DNA of 62,317 bases from Candidatus Limnocylindrales bacterium (GCA_046707905.1 JBKKDM010000212.1:1-62317), one strand, 5' to 3'. Shown: positions 11,435 to 23,038, numbered from the stretch's first letter. A program made the numbers and translations. The notes: a model not told the origin generated them from the letters alone.

Positions 11435-12265
11435 CTAGGGCTGGTCGTCCATCCAAGAATGCGCAGGCTCATAACCCAGCAGGGCCCGGGCGCGATCGAT
11501 CGACAGCAACGTCTCGCGGCCGGCGAGCGGCCGGCGGAGTGGGACGGCCGGGAACACCTCGGCCAAGAGGTCGGCGCTGGGGCGGGCCATGCAGGTATCG
11601 GCGGCCGCGATGATCGCGACCTCCGCACCCTGGACGGCGGCCTCGAGGCTCCGGCGCACGGCGGCCGCGACGTCCCGGGCATCGACATAGCCCCAGAGGT
11701 TCCATTTCCGAACCGTCGCATCGTCCTGCCACGACCCGAACCGAGCGTAGTCGCCGGGCTCCATAATGTTCGAGATCCGAAGCCCGACGAAGGGGATCCC
11801 GGAGCGACGCGCGGCCTGCTCCGCAATGGTTTCGCCAACGAGCTTCGACAGCGCATAGGCAGTCTCCGCACGCGGCGGATGCGACTCGTCGATGGGCGCG
11901 AATGCCGGCGGCTCGTCGAACGGCAGGCCGAGCACCGTCTCGCTCGAGGCCCAGACCACCCGCGAGACGTGGCGGTCCACCGCGGCGGCGAAGACGTTGT
12001 AGGTCGAGAGCGTGTTGTTCCGGAAGGTCTCGGCGGCGGGGCGGATGTCCGGGGCAGGGATGGCCGCCAGGTGCACGACGGCATCGGCCCCAGCGAGCAC
12101 CTCGAGGCATTGGCCGGGGTCCGTCAGGTCGGCGACAACGCATTGGCCGTGGGGACTGCCGTCGTGGGTGACGTCCACGTTGAGGACCGCGTGCCCAGCC
12201 TCGCGAAGCGAGCGGAGCACCCACCGCCCGGCCTTTCCGCTGCCACCTGTGACGACGACCCGCAC
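11435..12265 (-). CDS. NAD(P)-dependent epimerase/dehydratase (extended SDR)
   Basis: VVTGGSGKAG, VVHLAA, YALSK. Confidence 0.88.
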   Translation of the reverse strand: MRVVVTGGSGKAGRWVLRSLREAGHAVLNVDVTHDGSPHGQCVVADLTDPGQCLEVLAGADAVVHLAAIPAPDIRPAAETFRNNTLSTYNVFAAAVDRHVSRVVWASSETVLGLPFDEPPAFAPIDESHPPRAETAYALSKLVGETIAEQAARRSGIPFVGLRISNIMEPGDYARFGSWQDDATVRKWNLWGYVDARDVAAAVRRSLEAAVQGAEVAIIAAADTCMARPSADLLAEVFPAVPLRRPLAGRETLLSIDRARALLGYEPAHSWMDDQP

Positions 12266-12284
12266 TCGCTGCTCACTCCTAGGT

Positions 12285-12300
12285 TATGCAATCGTATGAC
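12285..12300. promoter_or_regulatory. Third candidate LacI operator between epimerase and LacI genes
   Basis: TATGCAATCGTATGAC shares TGCAATCGT with the 10408 site. Confidence 0.5.
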
Positions 12301-12324
12301 CGCATCGAATGCTACGCTCCGCCG

Positions 12325-13449
12325 ATGGGAGTGGGGGAGCCGTCGGACAAGCGTGCCCGCGAGACGCACGGCTCGGGCACCGGAGTCGACGTGGCCGCAG
12401 AGGCGCCCGTCGGCGCCCGCCCACGCTTGGTGCCGACGATGCGCGACATCGCACAGCTCGCTGGCGTCTCGCAGAGCACGGTCTCGCGGGTCCTCAACGA
12501 CGTCCCGACGCGCGTGCCCATCGCGCCGGAGACCCGGGAGCGCGTCACGCGCGCCGCGCGAACCGTCGGGTACCGCCCGAACCCGCTCGCTCGCGGCCTC
12601 CGAGGCGCGCCGACGATGCTCCTCGGCGCCGTCGTCCGCGACATTACCGACCCGTTCTTCGCCGGGGCGATCGAAGCGCTGTCGACGGCGACCATGAGCC
12701 ACGGCTACAACCTGGTCCTCGGCCATGCCCGCGGTCGGGCGGACGACGCGGTGGCCCTGACCGCGGTCCTAGAGACGCGGCACTGCGACGCGATCGTGCT
12801 GCTCGGCGATCTCCAGGATCAGCCCCGCCTGCTGGCCGATCTGGCCGACCTCGTCGCCCCGATCGTTGGGCTGTGGCAGGGCTCGAGCCCCCTGGGCGTG
12901 CCGACCGTCGATGTCGATAACCAGGCCGGCGTGCGCGCCGGCATGGACCACCTGGTCGAGCTGGGCCACCGGCGCATTGGGTTCATGGGCGGCCGGCCGC
13001 TCGGCGACATTCGCGAGCGCCAGGCGGCCTACATCGACGTCATGCGGGAGCGGTTCGGCGGGGTGCCCGAGGGCTACATTCAGCCCGCCCCGAACACGCC
13101 CGGTGGGGGCGAGACCGCAATGCGTGCGCTCCTTGGGCTGCATCCACGACCGACTGCTGTCGTGACCTCGACGGATACGCTGGCGGTTGGGGCGCTCCAC
13201 GCCGCCTACCTCGATGGCGTAGCCGTTCCGGCCGACCTCTCGGTCGTCGGCTTCGACGACATTCTCCTGGCGAGTCACACCGTGCCGGCGCTGACCACGC
13301 TCCGAATGCCGACCGCCGACATCGTCAACCACGGCGTTCGCCTGGCCCTCGAGATGGCCCGCGAGCCGGCCGCGGGCCGCAGGGCCAGCGTCACCGTCTT
13401 CCAGCCGTCCCTGATCGTCCGCCACTCGACTGCGTCGGCTCCCGCCTGA
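12325..13449 (+). CDS. LacI family transcriptional regulator (start uncertain)
   Basis: TMRDIAQLAGVSQSTVSRVLN HTH; YRPNPLARGL hinge; LSVVGFDD. Confidence 0.93.
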   Translation: MGVGEPSDKRARETHGSGTGVDVAAEAPVGARPRLVPTMRDIAQLAGVSQSTVSRVLNDVPTRVPIAPETRERVTRAARTVGYRPNPLARGLRGAPTMLLGAVVRDITDPFFAGAIEALSTATMSHGYNLVLGHARGRADDAVALTAVLETRHCDAIVLLGDLQDQPRLLADLADLVAPIVGLWQGSSPLGVPTVDVDNQAGVRAGMDHLVELGHRRIGFMGGRPLGDIRERQAAYIDVMRERFGGVPEGYIQPAPNTPGGGETAMRALLGLHPRPTAVVTSTDTLAVGALHAAYLDGVAVPADLSVVGFDDILLASHTVPALTTLRMPTADIVNHGVRLALEMAREPAAGRRASVTVFQPSLIVRHSTASAPA

Positions 13450-13506
13450 TCGGATGGGGCGGCCGATGCCGCGCCGGGTCGCGCCAGCGCGGGCGGACGA
13501 CCGCCC

Positions 13507-14148
13507 TCAGGCGCGGGTCTTCACCGAGACGGGGGCTGGGCTTGGGAGGGTGGACGGCGCCGAATAGCCGTTCTCGGCGATCTCCGCGGCGCGGGCCTCG
13601 TACACGTCGGTGACCGGTGCGGTTCGGGCGCGGAGGCCGTCGACCACCCGGTTGTACATGGAGAAGCCCGCCGCGATCAGCACCGCGAGCTGGACATCGC
13701 CGTCCGTCGCCCCGGCATCCAGCGCGGCCTGGACGTCGGCCGACGTCAGCGCCAGCGGGTCGCGCCCGACCGTCCGCGCGATCTGCAGCAGGCCCTGCAT
13801 CTTCGGATCGAAGCCATCCGACGAGCCCTGCTTGACAGCGTCGAGCAGCGGCGCAAGCGCCGTGTCGCCCTGGCGTTCCATGAGCGCGGTCGCGAACGCG
13901 CTGTGCGAGTCCATGCAGAAGAAGCAGTCGTTCGCGGCTGAGACGGCGGTCGCCAGCGTCTCGCGCTGATCGCGCCGGATCGTCGCGCCGGGGAAGTCGT
14001 TGACGAGGAGCTCGTCGGCGAGGCCCCGCAGATGCACGCCGAGACCGGGCGTCAGTCGCATCGCCGCCCCGATTCCCGGGACGTCCGGAAGCCCGCCGAC
14101 GATCGGCGACTGCTGTGCACGGAGCGCCCGTTCCTCGTCTCGCGCCAT
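13507..14148 (-). CDS. AhpD/carboxymuconolactone decarboxylase-like peroxidase
   Basis: RETLATAVSAANDCFFCMDSH (CxxC..H) in the C-terminal part of ORF 13507..15834; MYNRVVDGL. Confidence 0.8.
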   Translation of the reverse strand: MARDEERALRAQQSPIVGGLPDVPGIGAAMRLTPGLGVHLRGLADELLVNDFPGATIRRDQRETLATAVSAANDCFFCMDSHSAFATALMERQGDTALAPLLDAVKQGSSDGFDPKMQGLLQIARTVGRDPLALTSADVQAALDAGATDGDVQLAVLIAAGFSMYNRVVDGLRARTAPVTDVYEARAAEIAENGYSAPSTLPSPAPVSVKTRA

Positions 14149-14190
14149 CGTCTCGTTGGCCTCCTGCCCGCCAGTATGATGCCGATCCGC

Positions 14191-15780
14191 ATGACTGCCA
14201 GGACGCTGACGATCGGCCGCGCCAGCTACCCCTTGGTGCTGCCGAGCATCCGGGATCCGCGCCTCCACGTCGCGATGGTCGTCCTCACGGTCCATGCCCT
14301 CGGCCAGGTCGGGCTGCACTTCTGGGTCAGCGTGCCGCAGATCGTCGCGGCGATCGGCACGTGCTTCGTCCTCGAGGTGGCGATCACGTTCCGCCAGACG
14401 CGCCAGTTCGTCTGGCCCGCGAGCGCGATGCTCACCGGCAGCGCCGTCGCCCTCATCATGCGAGTCGTCGGGACGGCGCCGGACGACCACTGGACGACCT
14501 TCGGCGTCGAGGTTTTTGCGGTCGTGGCGGGGCTCTCGCTCCTGTCGAAATACGTGATCCGGTATCGCGGCTCCCACATCTTCAACCCGGCCAACATCGG
14601 GCTGGTCACGGCGTTCCTGGTGCTCGGAACGACCCGCGTGGAGCCGCTCGACTTCTGGTGGGCGCCGCTCAACGTGCCGATGCTCCTGGCCTACGCCGTG
14701 ATCATCGTGGGCGGGCTCCTGATCACCCGGCGCCTGCACCTGCTGCTGCTCGCGGCGACGTTCTGGGTGACGCTCGCGATCGGCCTCGGGACCCTCGCCG
14801 CGTCGTCGCACTGCATCACGACCCGCTGGTCGTTCGCGCCGGTGTGCGGGTTCGACTTCTGGAGGGTCATCGTGACCTCGCCCGAGGTGCTCATCTTCCT
14901 GTTCTTCATGATCACGGACCCCAAGACCGTCCCGGCCGGTCGCGTCGCCCGCGTGGCGTTCGGGGGCCTGGTTGCGATCACGAGCACGCTCCTGATGGCG
15001 CCGCAGACCGACGAGTTCGGCTCGAAGGTCGGGCTGCTGGCGGGCCTGGTCGTCGTCTGCGCCGCGCGACCCTTCATCGAGCGCCTGCTGCCCGCACCGA
15101 AGTCGGAGGAGGACCGGCTGCGGGGGTTCGCCGCTCGCCTCGCGAGCCTCGGCAATCCGGCGCCGGGCGTGGCGCGCCGAGCCCTTGCGACTGGCCTCGC
15201 CGCCGCCGCGGTCCTCGCCGTCGGGACCGGCATTGTGCTTGCCGGGACGCCCGCGCGCGAGCCGGTGGCATTCGGATCCGCAGAGGTCCTGAATCGCGTC
15301 CCGCTCCAGGTCGACCCGTCGACGATCCCGCCGGTGGTCGTCGGCCAGGACGTCGCGGACTACGACCACGAGTTGGCCGGGCCCGAGATCCAGCGGATCG
15401 TGGTGACGCTGGCCCAGAACCTCGAGCTGGAGAACCAGGCGCTCCTGCGCCGCGATCCGGCGATCCTCCAGGCGGTCGACCACGGCGATCGACTCGTCGA
15501 GATGCAGGCCCGGCTCGACGCGGCGGCCGCGTCCGGCTCGACCCAGATCGTCCACTACCAGTTCGAGAGCGTGGCGGTGTCGCTGCTGGTGCCGTTCGGC
15601 GTCCAGACCGGACCCAGCCTCGGCATGGCGGTCACCGGGACGGCGATCCACGAGACCTATGACGCGGTCGGCACGCTCCAATCGCGGGCGTCGGCGCCGT
15701 TCTCCGACGTCTTCGCGGTCCGGCGGGCGACCGGCGACCGCTGGCTCAACGTGGCGATGAACCCGGCGATGGCGCCGTGA
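14191..15780 (+). CDS. RnfD/NqrB-like (UnbU-like) integral membrane protein with C-terminal soluble domain
   Basis: ~10 TM segments; SKYVIRYRGSHIFNPANIGL and FFMITDPKT motifs of the NqrB/RnfD family. Confidence 0.7.
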   Translation: MTARTLTIGRASYPLVLPSIRDPRLHVAMVVLTVHALGQVGLHFWVSVPQIVAAIGTCFVLEVAITFRQTRQFVWPASAMLTGSAVALIMRVVGTAPDDHWTTFGVEVFAVVAGLSLLSKYVIRYRGSHIFNPANIGLVTAFLVLGTTRVEPLDFWWAPLNVPMLLAYAVIIVGGLLITRRLHLLLLAATFWVTLAIGLGTLAASSHCITTRWSFAPVCGFDFWRVIVTSPEVLIFLFFMITDPKTVPAGRVARVAFGGLVAITSTLLMAPQTDEFGSKVGLLAGLVVVCAARPFIERLLPAPKSEEDRLRGFAARLASLGNPAPGVARRALATGLAAAAVLAVGTGIVLAGTPAREPVAFGSAEVLNRVPLQVDPSTIPPVVVGQDVADYDHELAGPEIQRIVVTLAQNLELENQALLRRDPAILQAVDHGDRLVEMQARLDAAAASGSTQIVHYQFESVAVSLLVPFGVQTGPSLGMAVTGTAIHETYDAVGTLQSRASAPFSDVFAVRRATGDRWLNVAMNPAMAP

Positions 15781-15851
15781 CCGAGCGGTTCTGGGTCTGC
15801 GAACAGCTGCAGCTTGCTGAACGGCCTGCGCCAACTCGTATCCTCATCGGC

Positions 15852-16793
15852 ATGACCCTCATCGACGCCAACCAGATCCCCGAGCACATCGAACACCGCA
15901 TCGACCTGCCGGACGGCCGCACCCTCGCGGCCGCCGAATGGGGCGACCCGAACGGCCTGCCCTTCATCTCGATCCACGGCACGCCCGGCGGCCGGATCGG
16001 CTGGTGGCAGGATCCCGACATCTACCGGCGCTTCGGGCTCCGCCGCATCACGTTCGACCGGTCCGGGTACGGCGAGTCCTCACGACACGCCGACCGCCAG
16101 GTCATCGACGAGCTCCCCGACATCGAGCACCTTGCGAACGCCCTCGGGATCGATCGGTTCGTCGTCGCCGGTGGGTCCGGCGGGGGACCGCTGACGTTGG
16201 CCTGCGCCGCCCGGCTCCCGAACCGCGTGATCCGCGCCCACGCCTCGGTCTCGGTGGCGCCGTTCGACGCGGAAGGCCTGGACTGGATGGCCGGCATGAC
16301 CGAGGGCAATGTCAAGGAGTTCGGTGCCGCGCTCGAGGGCGAGCAGGCAGCTCGGACGCTCGTCGAATCGCTGCGGCAGACGGCCCTCGAGCGGTTCGCG
16401 GCCGATCGGATCGACTGGATGGGCGACGACTACGACCTGTCCGAGGCCGACCGCGAGCAGATGCTGAAGCATCTCGTGCGGGTCCGGGCCCACGTGGCCA
16501 ATGGGATTGCGCCGAGCGCCGACGGCTGGGTCGACGATCTGCTGATGTTCGTGCAGCCGTGGGGCTTCGATGTCGCCGACATCCGCGTCCCGGTGCTGCT
16601 CACGTTCGGCCGTACCGATGTGCTCGTTCCCGCGGCGCACGGCGACTGGCTCGCCGCCCACGTGCCCGGCGTCACCGTCTGGGCCGACGACGATGCCGGC
16701 CACCTGGCGACCGACGACCAGATCGAGCGCGATTTCGCGTGGTTGACCGGGCGTGCGGCGTCTCCCGAGGGGTCGCCCGCAATCGTGGCCTAG
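15852..16793 (+). CDS. Alpha/beta fold hydrolase
   Basis: HGTPG, FDRSGYGES, nucleophile GGSGG, D..VP, AGH. Confidence 0.88.
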   Translation: MTLIDANQIPEHIEHRIDLPDGRTLAAAEWGDPNGLPFISIHGTPGGRIGWWQDPDIYRRFGLRRITFDRSGYGESSRHADRQVIDELPDIEHLANALGIDRFVVAGGSGGGPLTLACAARLPNRVIRAHASVSVAPFDAEGLDWMAGMTEGNVKEFGAALEGEQAARTLVESLRQTALERFAADRIDWMGDDYDLSEADREQMLKHLVRVRAHVANGIAPSADGWVDDLLMFVQPWGFDVADIRVPVLLTFGRTDVLVPAAHGDWLAAHVPGVTVWADDDAGHLATDDQIERDFAWLTGRAASPEGSPAIVA

Positions 16794-16862
16794 CGCCTCC
16801 GGGACGGGAACCGTCCGCCGACTTCGCGGCGGCGACCGGTCGCCGGATACTCCCGAGGGGTA

Positions 16863-16935
16863 TTGACAAAACCCTTGTCAAGAGGGCGGTTTGGGGCGTA
16901 GAATAGCCTCCAACGGCTTGTCAAGACTTGACAGG
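16863..16935 (+). promoter_or_regulatory. dnaG-rpoD promoter embedded in two inverted-repeat boxes
   Basis: TTGACAA-N5-TTGTCAA (16863-16881); TTGTCA-N18-TAGAAT (-10 at 16899-16904); CTTGTCAAG-A-CTTGACAGG (16917-16935). Confidence 0.6.
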
Positions 16936-16944
16936 CCGACAGTC

Positions 16945-18974
16945 ATGTCCGGGAGGCAGCGAAGACGGCAGGCGCGGTCCAGGCAGAGATCAAGAGCCGG
17001 CTGAACATCGTCGACGTGGTCGGCGAGACGGTGCAGCTGAGGAAGGCGGGCACGACCTTCAAGGGTCTGTGCCCCTTCCATGGCGAGAAGACGCCGTCGT
17101 TCACGGTCACCCCGAACCGCGACTCCTGGAAGTGCTTCGGCTGCGGTCTCGGGGGCGACGTGTTCTCGTTCGTCATGCAGCGTGACGGCGTGGCCTTTCC
17201 CGAGGCCCTGCGGGTTCTCGCCTCGAAGGCCGGGGTCGAGATCGACGAGCGGACGAAGCGCGAGGACGCGTATCGGGCACGGCTGCGTGACGTCCTCGAG
17301 ATGGCGATCGCGTTCTACCACCAGATCCTGACCTCCACCTCGCACGGCAAGCCGGCGCTGGACTACCTCCACGGCCGGGGCTTCACGGACGCCACCATCG
17401 AATCGGCCCAGCTGGGCTGGGCGCCGGACAGCTGGGACGTGATGAGCCGCCGACTCGTCGAAAAGCGCGGGGTCAAGCCCGAGGAGCTGGTCGAGGCCGG
17501 GATCGCGTCACCGGCGCGGTCGCACTCGCGCGGCGTCGGCGTCATCGACAAGTTCCGCGGGCGCGTGCTGTGGCCGATCCGCGACCAGAACGGTGCCGCG
17601 ACTGGCATGGGCGGCCGAATCCTCGGCGCGGAAGGGGAGGGCGGCCGCGACACCGGCCCGAAGTACCTCAACACGCCCGGTGGCCCGCTCTTCGACAAGA
17701 GCCGCTCGCTGTACCTGATCGACAAGGCCAAGTCCGCGATGCGAAAGACCGAGCAGGCCGTGATCGTCGAGGGCTACACCGACGCGCTCATGGCCCACCA
17801 GGCGGGCTTCGACAACGTCGTCGCGTCGCTCGGGACCGCGCTCACGCCGGGCCAGGTCGCGCTGCTGACGCGCTATGCGAAGCGGATCGCGCTGGCCTAC
17901 GACGTCGACTCGGCCGGCCAGAAGGCCGGGACGTTCGGGGCCCAGGCCCTCCAGTCGCTGATCGGCCAGCTCGCGGCGACCGAGAGCGGAATCGAGCTCG
18001 ACGAGGTCCGCGTCGTCCGGCTGCCGGATGGCAAGGACCCAGACGAGGTCCTGCGCGAGACGCCGGATCGCTGGCGCGAGGAGGTCCGGACCGCGCAGCC
18101 GATCGTCGAATACCTCGTGGACACCTACGCCAAGGCCTACGACCTCAAGACGCCCGGCGGCAAGGCCCGCTTCGTCGATGCGCTGATGCCGACGATCCGG
18201 GCCGTGCCCAACCCGGTGATGCGCGATGCCTACCTGCAGCTGGTCCACCGGGCCTCGGGCGTGGAGGAGCGGGTCCTGCTCGAAGTGCTCCGCGGCGCCC
18301 GTCTGGGGGGAGCGTCGGGTCTCGCCCCCGGGTCCGGCCCGGCCGGCGGCGCCCGCGTCGCCGGGACCGCGTCGGACAGCACGTCGCGCTTCAACGCCGA
18401 GGCGATCGTGGGTGCCGCCGACTCCCTGCCCGTGAGCGAGATCCTCCGCGGCGTCCTCCCCCAGGAGGCCGAGTTCCTGCGGCTGCTGCTTCTGGTGCCC
18501 GAGATCCAGCTCCGGGTCGTCGACTCGATCGGCCCGGACCAGCTCCCCAACACCGTCGCACGCGAGCTGTTCCGCGCTGTCGTGCTCGCTCGCGAGCCGG
18601 ACGACCAGGGCGTGCATCCGCCGTTCAGCCTGACGGCCCTCGTCACCTCCCTCGATCCCGAGACGGCGTCCCTGGCCCAGGCGGTCATCGCTCGCCGCGA
18701 CCCGAACCCGCGCGAGCTGTCGGAGGCGGAGCTCGCCTACGAGCTCGACCGCCTCACCATCGACCTCGAGGAGCGTTCGCTCGACGAACGCGCCGACTAC
18801 ATCAACTCGGCCATTGCCGAGGCCGAGCAGGCCCGGTCTGATGACGCCGAGGTTCGCGAATCGATCGACCAGCTGCTGCGCGAGAGCCAGGCGCTCAACG
18901 ACCAGCGCAAGTCGCTCCATCGCCGTCGCGACCAGACCCGCCTGCTCGCGCGCCCGACACCGGTGCGCGCATGA
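16945..18974 (+). CDS. dnaG: DNA primase; ATG at 16945 is out of frame with the body (probable indel near 16950)
   Basis: CPFHGEKTPSF..CFGC Zn finger, KYLNTP, VEGYTD, TOPRIM YDVD, KDPDE; the conserved EIKSRLNIVDVV lies upstream of the annotated GTG 17016 in the same frame. Confidence 0.95.
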
Positions 18975-19027
18975 CGGCCATTTTCACCCACGACCCAGGC
19001 ACCACCAGCAGCACCCGGAGGTAACCG

Positions 19028-20776
<1,749 letters not shown>

Positions 20777-20909
20777 ACCGGGGAGCAGCCCCGGCCGGGC
20801 TTGGAACGGCCCGCGGCAACCGCCGGGGGCCTTCTGATTCGGCGGCGCGGGGAGGGCCCGCGGTCCCGCGGCCCTGGGCGCCGTAGTCGTTGCGCATTGG
20901 TCCGGCTGT

Positions 20910-21091
20910 CCGCCGAATCGTTCATGGGAGTTTCGATAGCGCCGTCGCAGCAGGTTGCAACTCACCCCACCGGCGTTGTCGTGCATGGGGCGTTCGATAG
21001 CGCCGCTGAAGGCCCCTCCATCTGCCCCGATCGCGTCCGGATGCGGCCATCGGTGCGATCCGCCGGCGGGATCGTGCATCCCACGAACGAC
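20910..21091. repeat. Cluster of three 21-bp pseudo-palindromic boxes (RTCGT-N11-WCGAY)
   Basis: 20918-20944 and 20979-21005 are 23/27 identical direct repeats; 21071-21091 is a third related box. Confidence 0.7.
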
Positions 21092-21120
21092 TGCCCGAGG
21101 ATCAACGACCCGCTCGTCGC

Positions 21121-21783
21121 CTAGAGCAGCACGACCGCATTCCCCGGAGCTTCGACGTGGTGCAACCTGGCCAATGCGGGACGGGCGTCGACCGGAAAGG
21201 CGTCCCGGAAGACGCCCGCCCTGATCAGGTCCCTGTGATGGCGCGAATCGTTCAGCACGAGGACGACGCCACCATCCACGGCGCCGTCGCGCTGCTTCAG
21301 CGCGAGACGCCGGATCAGTGCCTGTGCGTCGCGAACGTTCGTCTCGGCCTCGACGCCGGCTCGCCAGCTCCGCCCGGTGAGCACTGCGTCCCAGGCGCGC
21401 AGGTCGGGTCGGTCCGTGGCCACCTCGTCGACGACAGCCACCTCGACCTGCCAGCCGATCCCACCCCCGAGCCGCCCGCGGAACCTGGCAAGCAGAGCCT
21501 GCTGTCCGCCGTCGCGCAGCGGCTGCCCGCCGGGAAAGGTTCGCGCGGCAAGCTCGAGCCCGACCAGGGCCGCCAACCGAGCGAGCAGGACCAATGAAAC
21601 GCTCTGAACGCGACCATGGCAAATGCGCGCGACCTGTTGGCCGCTGCGGCCCACGGCACGACCGAGCGCTGCACAGCTCAGACCCCGGTCGACCCGCGCC
21701 TCATCGATCTGTCGACAGGTCGCGTTCAGCAGAAGTCGCCCTCGGTCCCAGCCGACATCGAGCGGACGCCGCCGAACAGGCAT
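21121..21783 (-). CDS. XRE-type HTH fused to a putative PD-(D/E)XK-like domain
   Basis: C-terminal third of ORF 21121..22998: ARVDRGLSCAALGRAVGRSGQQVARICHG (XRE HTH), then WQVEV..LRAWDAVL..GVEAETNVRD..VVLVL. Confidence 0.65.
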   Translation of the reverse strand: MPVRRRPLDVGWDRGRLLLNATCRQIDEARVDRGLSCAALGRAVGRSGQQVARICHGRVQSVSLVLLARLAALVGLELAARTFPGGQPLRDGGQQALLARFRGRLGGGIGWQVEVAVVDEVATDRPDLRAWDAVLTGRSWRAGVEAETNVRDAQALIRRLALKQRDGAVDGGVVLVLNDSRHHRDLIRAGVFRDAFPVDARPALARLHHVEAPGNAVVLL

Positions 21784-21893
21784 CGGCGGATTGTCGTGTC
21801 GACCGCTTATCCGTCGATAGCGCGAAGGGGCCCTCGGTATTGCGGAGATGGCCCCTCCAGCGCGTGTACTGGCGCAAGAGACCCACGAATCCA

Positions 21894-21920
21894 AACGGGC
21901 GGCCCGGTGGGCCGCCCGTT
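21894..21920 (-). terminator. Intrinsic terminator-like hairpin after the VOC gene
   Basis: AACGGGCGGCCC-GGT-GGGCCGCCCGTT perfect 12-bp stem. Confidence 0.65.
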
Positions 21921-21938
21921 GTTGGTTCGATGCGACGC

Positions 21939-22298
21939 CTACATCGAGCCCTGGCTGAGGCCGATGACGTGGCCCTCGGGGTCCGCGACCATCGCGAGCC
22001 AGGTCTCGGGGGCCGGGCTGAACTTCGGCGCCACGACCTGGCCGCCCAGCTCGCCGACGCGCGCCAGGGTGGCGTCGAGATCGTCGACGCTGACGTAGAA
22101 CGTGACCCAGCCGGCGCCGCCATCGGGAGCCGGGCCGGTCCCGAGCACGATGCCCGAGTCCTCGTGGTCGGTCATCGCGTAGCCGCCCGGCAGATCCGTG
22201 TTCTGCTCCCACCCGAAGAGCTGGCTGTAGTACTGCTGCAGCGCGGGGCCATCCTTCCCGACGACCTCGGCGTGCACGATCCGGTTGCCCATGTCCAT
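21939..22298 (-). CDS. VOC/glyoxalase family protein
   Basis: IVHAEVVGKD..YYSQLFGW, FYVSVDDLDATL, ADPEGHVIGL. Confidence 0.88.
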   Translation of the reverse strand: MDMGNRIVHAEVVGKDGPALQQYYSQLFGWEQNTDLPGGYAMTDHEDSGIVLGTGPAPDGGAGWVTFYVSVDDLDATLARVGELGGQVVAPKFSPAPETWLAMVADPEGHVIGLSQGSM

Positions 22299-22406
22299 CG
22301 ACCCCCATGTCGGCGGTCGATCGACCGCTCGCTATGGGTACGACGAACGCCCACGGCCGGAATCGACAGCTGCCGGGCGTCGACCCGTCGGCGGACAGTC
22401 CCGCCG

Positions 22407-22998
22407 CTACAGCTCCCGCCGCACGACGACCCGCTGGTTCGAGTCGCTCGGATCGGAGGCTCGATCCGCGACGACGCGGAAGCCGACCTGCTCGAACATT
22501 GGCAGCGTGCCGGTGAAGGCCGCGTTCGGATGAATCGGCGCGCCCGCGGGCCGGCGCACGGGGTAGGCCTCTAGCATCGGCGCCCCGCTCGCGGGCGTAG
22601 TCGATCGCCCCGTCAAGCAGTGCCTTCGCCACGCCACGACCACGGGCAGCCTTCGACACGGCGAAGCAGACGATCGACCAGACGGGTCGGTCATCGATCT
22701 TCGGGATCACCTTCGAGTAGACGACTTTCTCGAACGTTTCCCGCGGTCCCAGGCTGATCCAGCCGACGGCGCGCTCCGGATCGAGCTCCTGGTCGAACGC
22801 GACGAGCCCGGGGGGCTCTTCGGATTCAGCTTGCGCCCGGAGCCGAGCCTGGAGCTCCGGCACCTTCGCGCCCGACATGTCCTTGGTCCGCATCCGCCAA
22901 AACTGGCACCAGCACCAGCGCGGATCGCCGCCCTCGCGGAACAGCGCCGCCAGCGCGTCCCAGGTGTTCGGCGTCAGCGGCCGGACGTCGACCGTCAC
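22407..22998 (-). CDS. GNAT acetyltransferase, frameshifted near 22580
   Basis: CWCQFWR, WSIVCFAVSKAARGRGVAKALL in one frame; LEAYP..FTGTLPMFEQVGF in the frame of ORF 22407..22694. Confidence 0.8.
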
Positions 22999-23038
22999 GG
23001 GCGAAGTCGCGGAGTCGGGCGCAAGAGCAGCGCGACCT

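Noticed and set aside
20918-21005. 27-bp repeats with a 34-bp spacer as a CRISPR array
   Set aside because: Only two copies at 23/27 identity, an irregular third box and no cas genes; kept as a non-CRISPR repeat cluster
21121-22998. Single 625-aa GNAT-HTH fusion protein
   Set aside because: Artefact of the GNAT frameshift reading through the VOC gene and a terminator into the separate HTH gene
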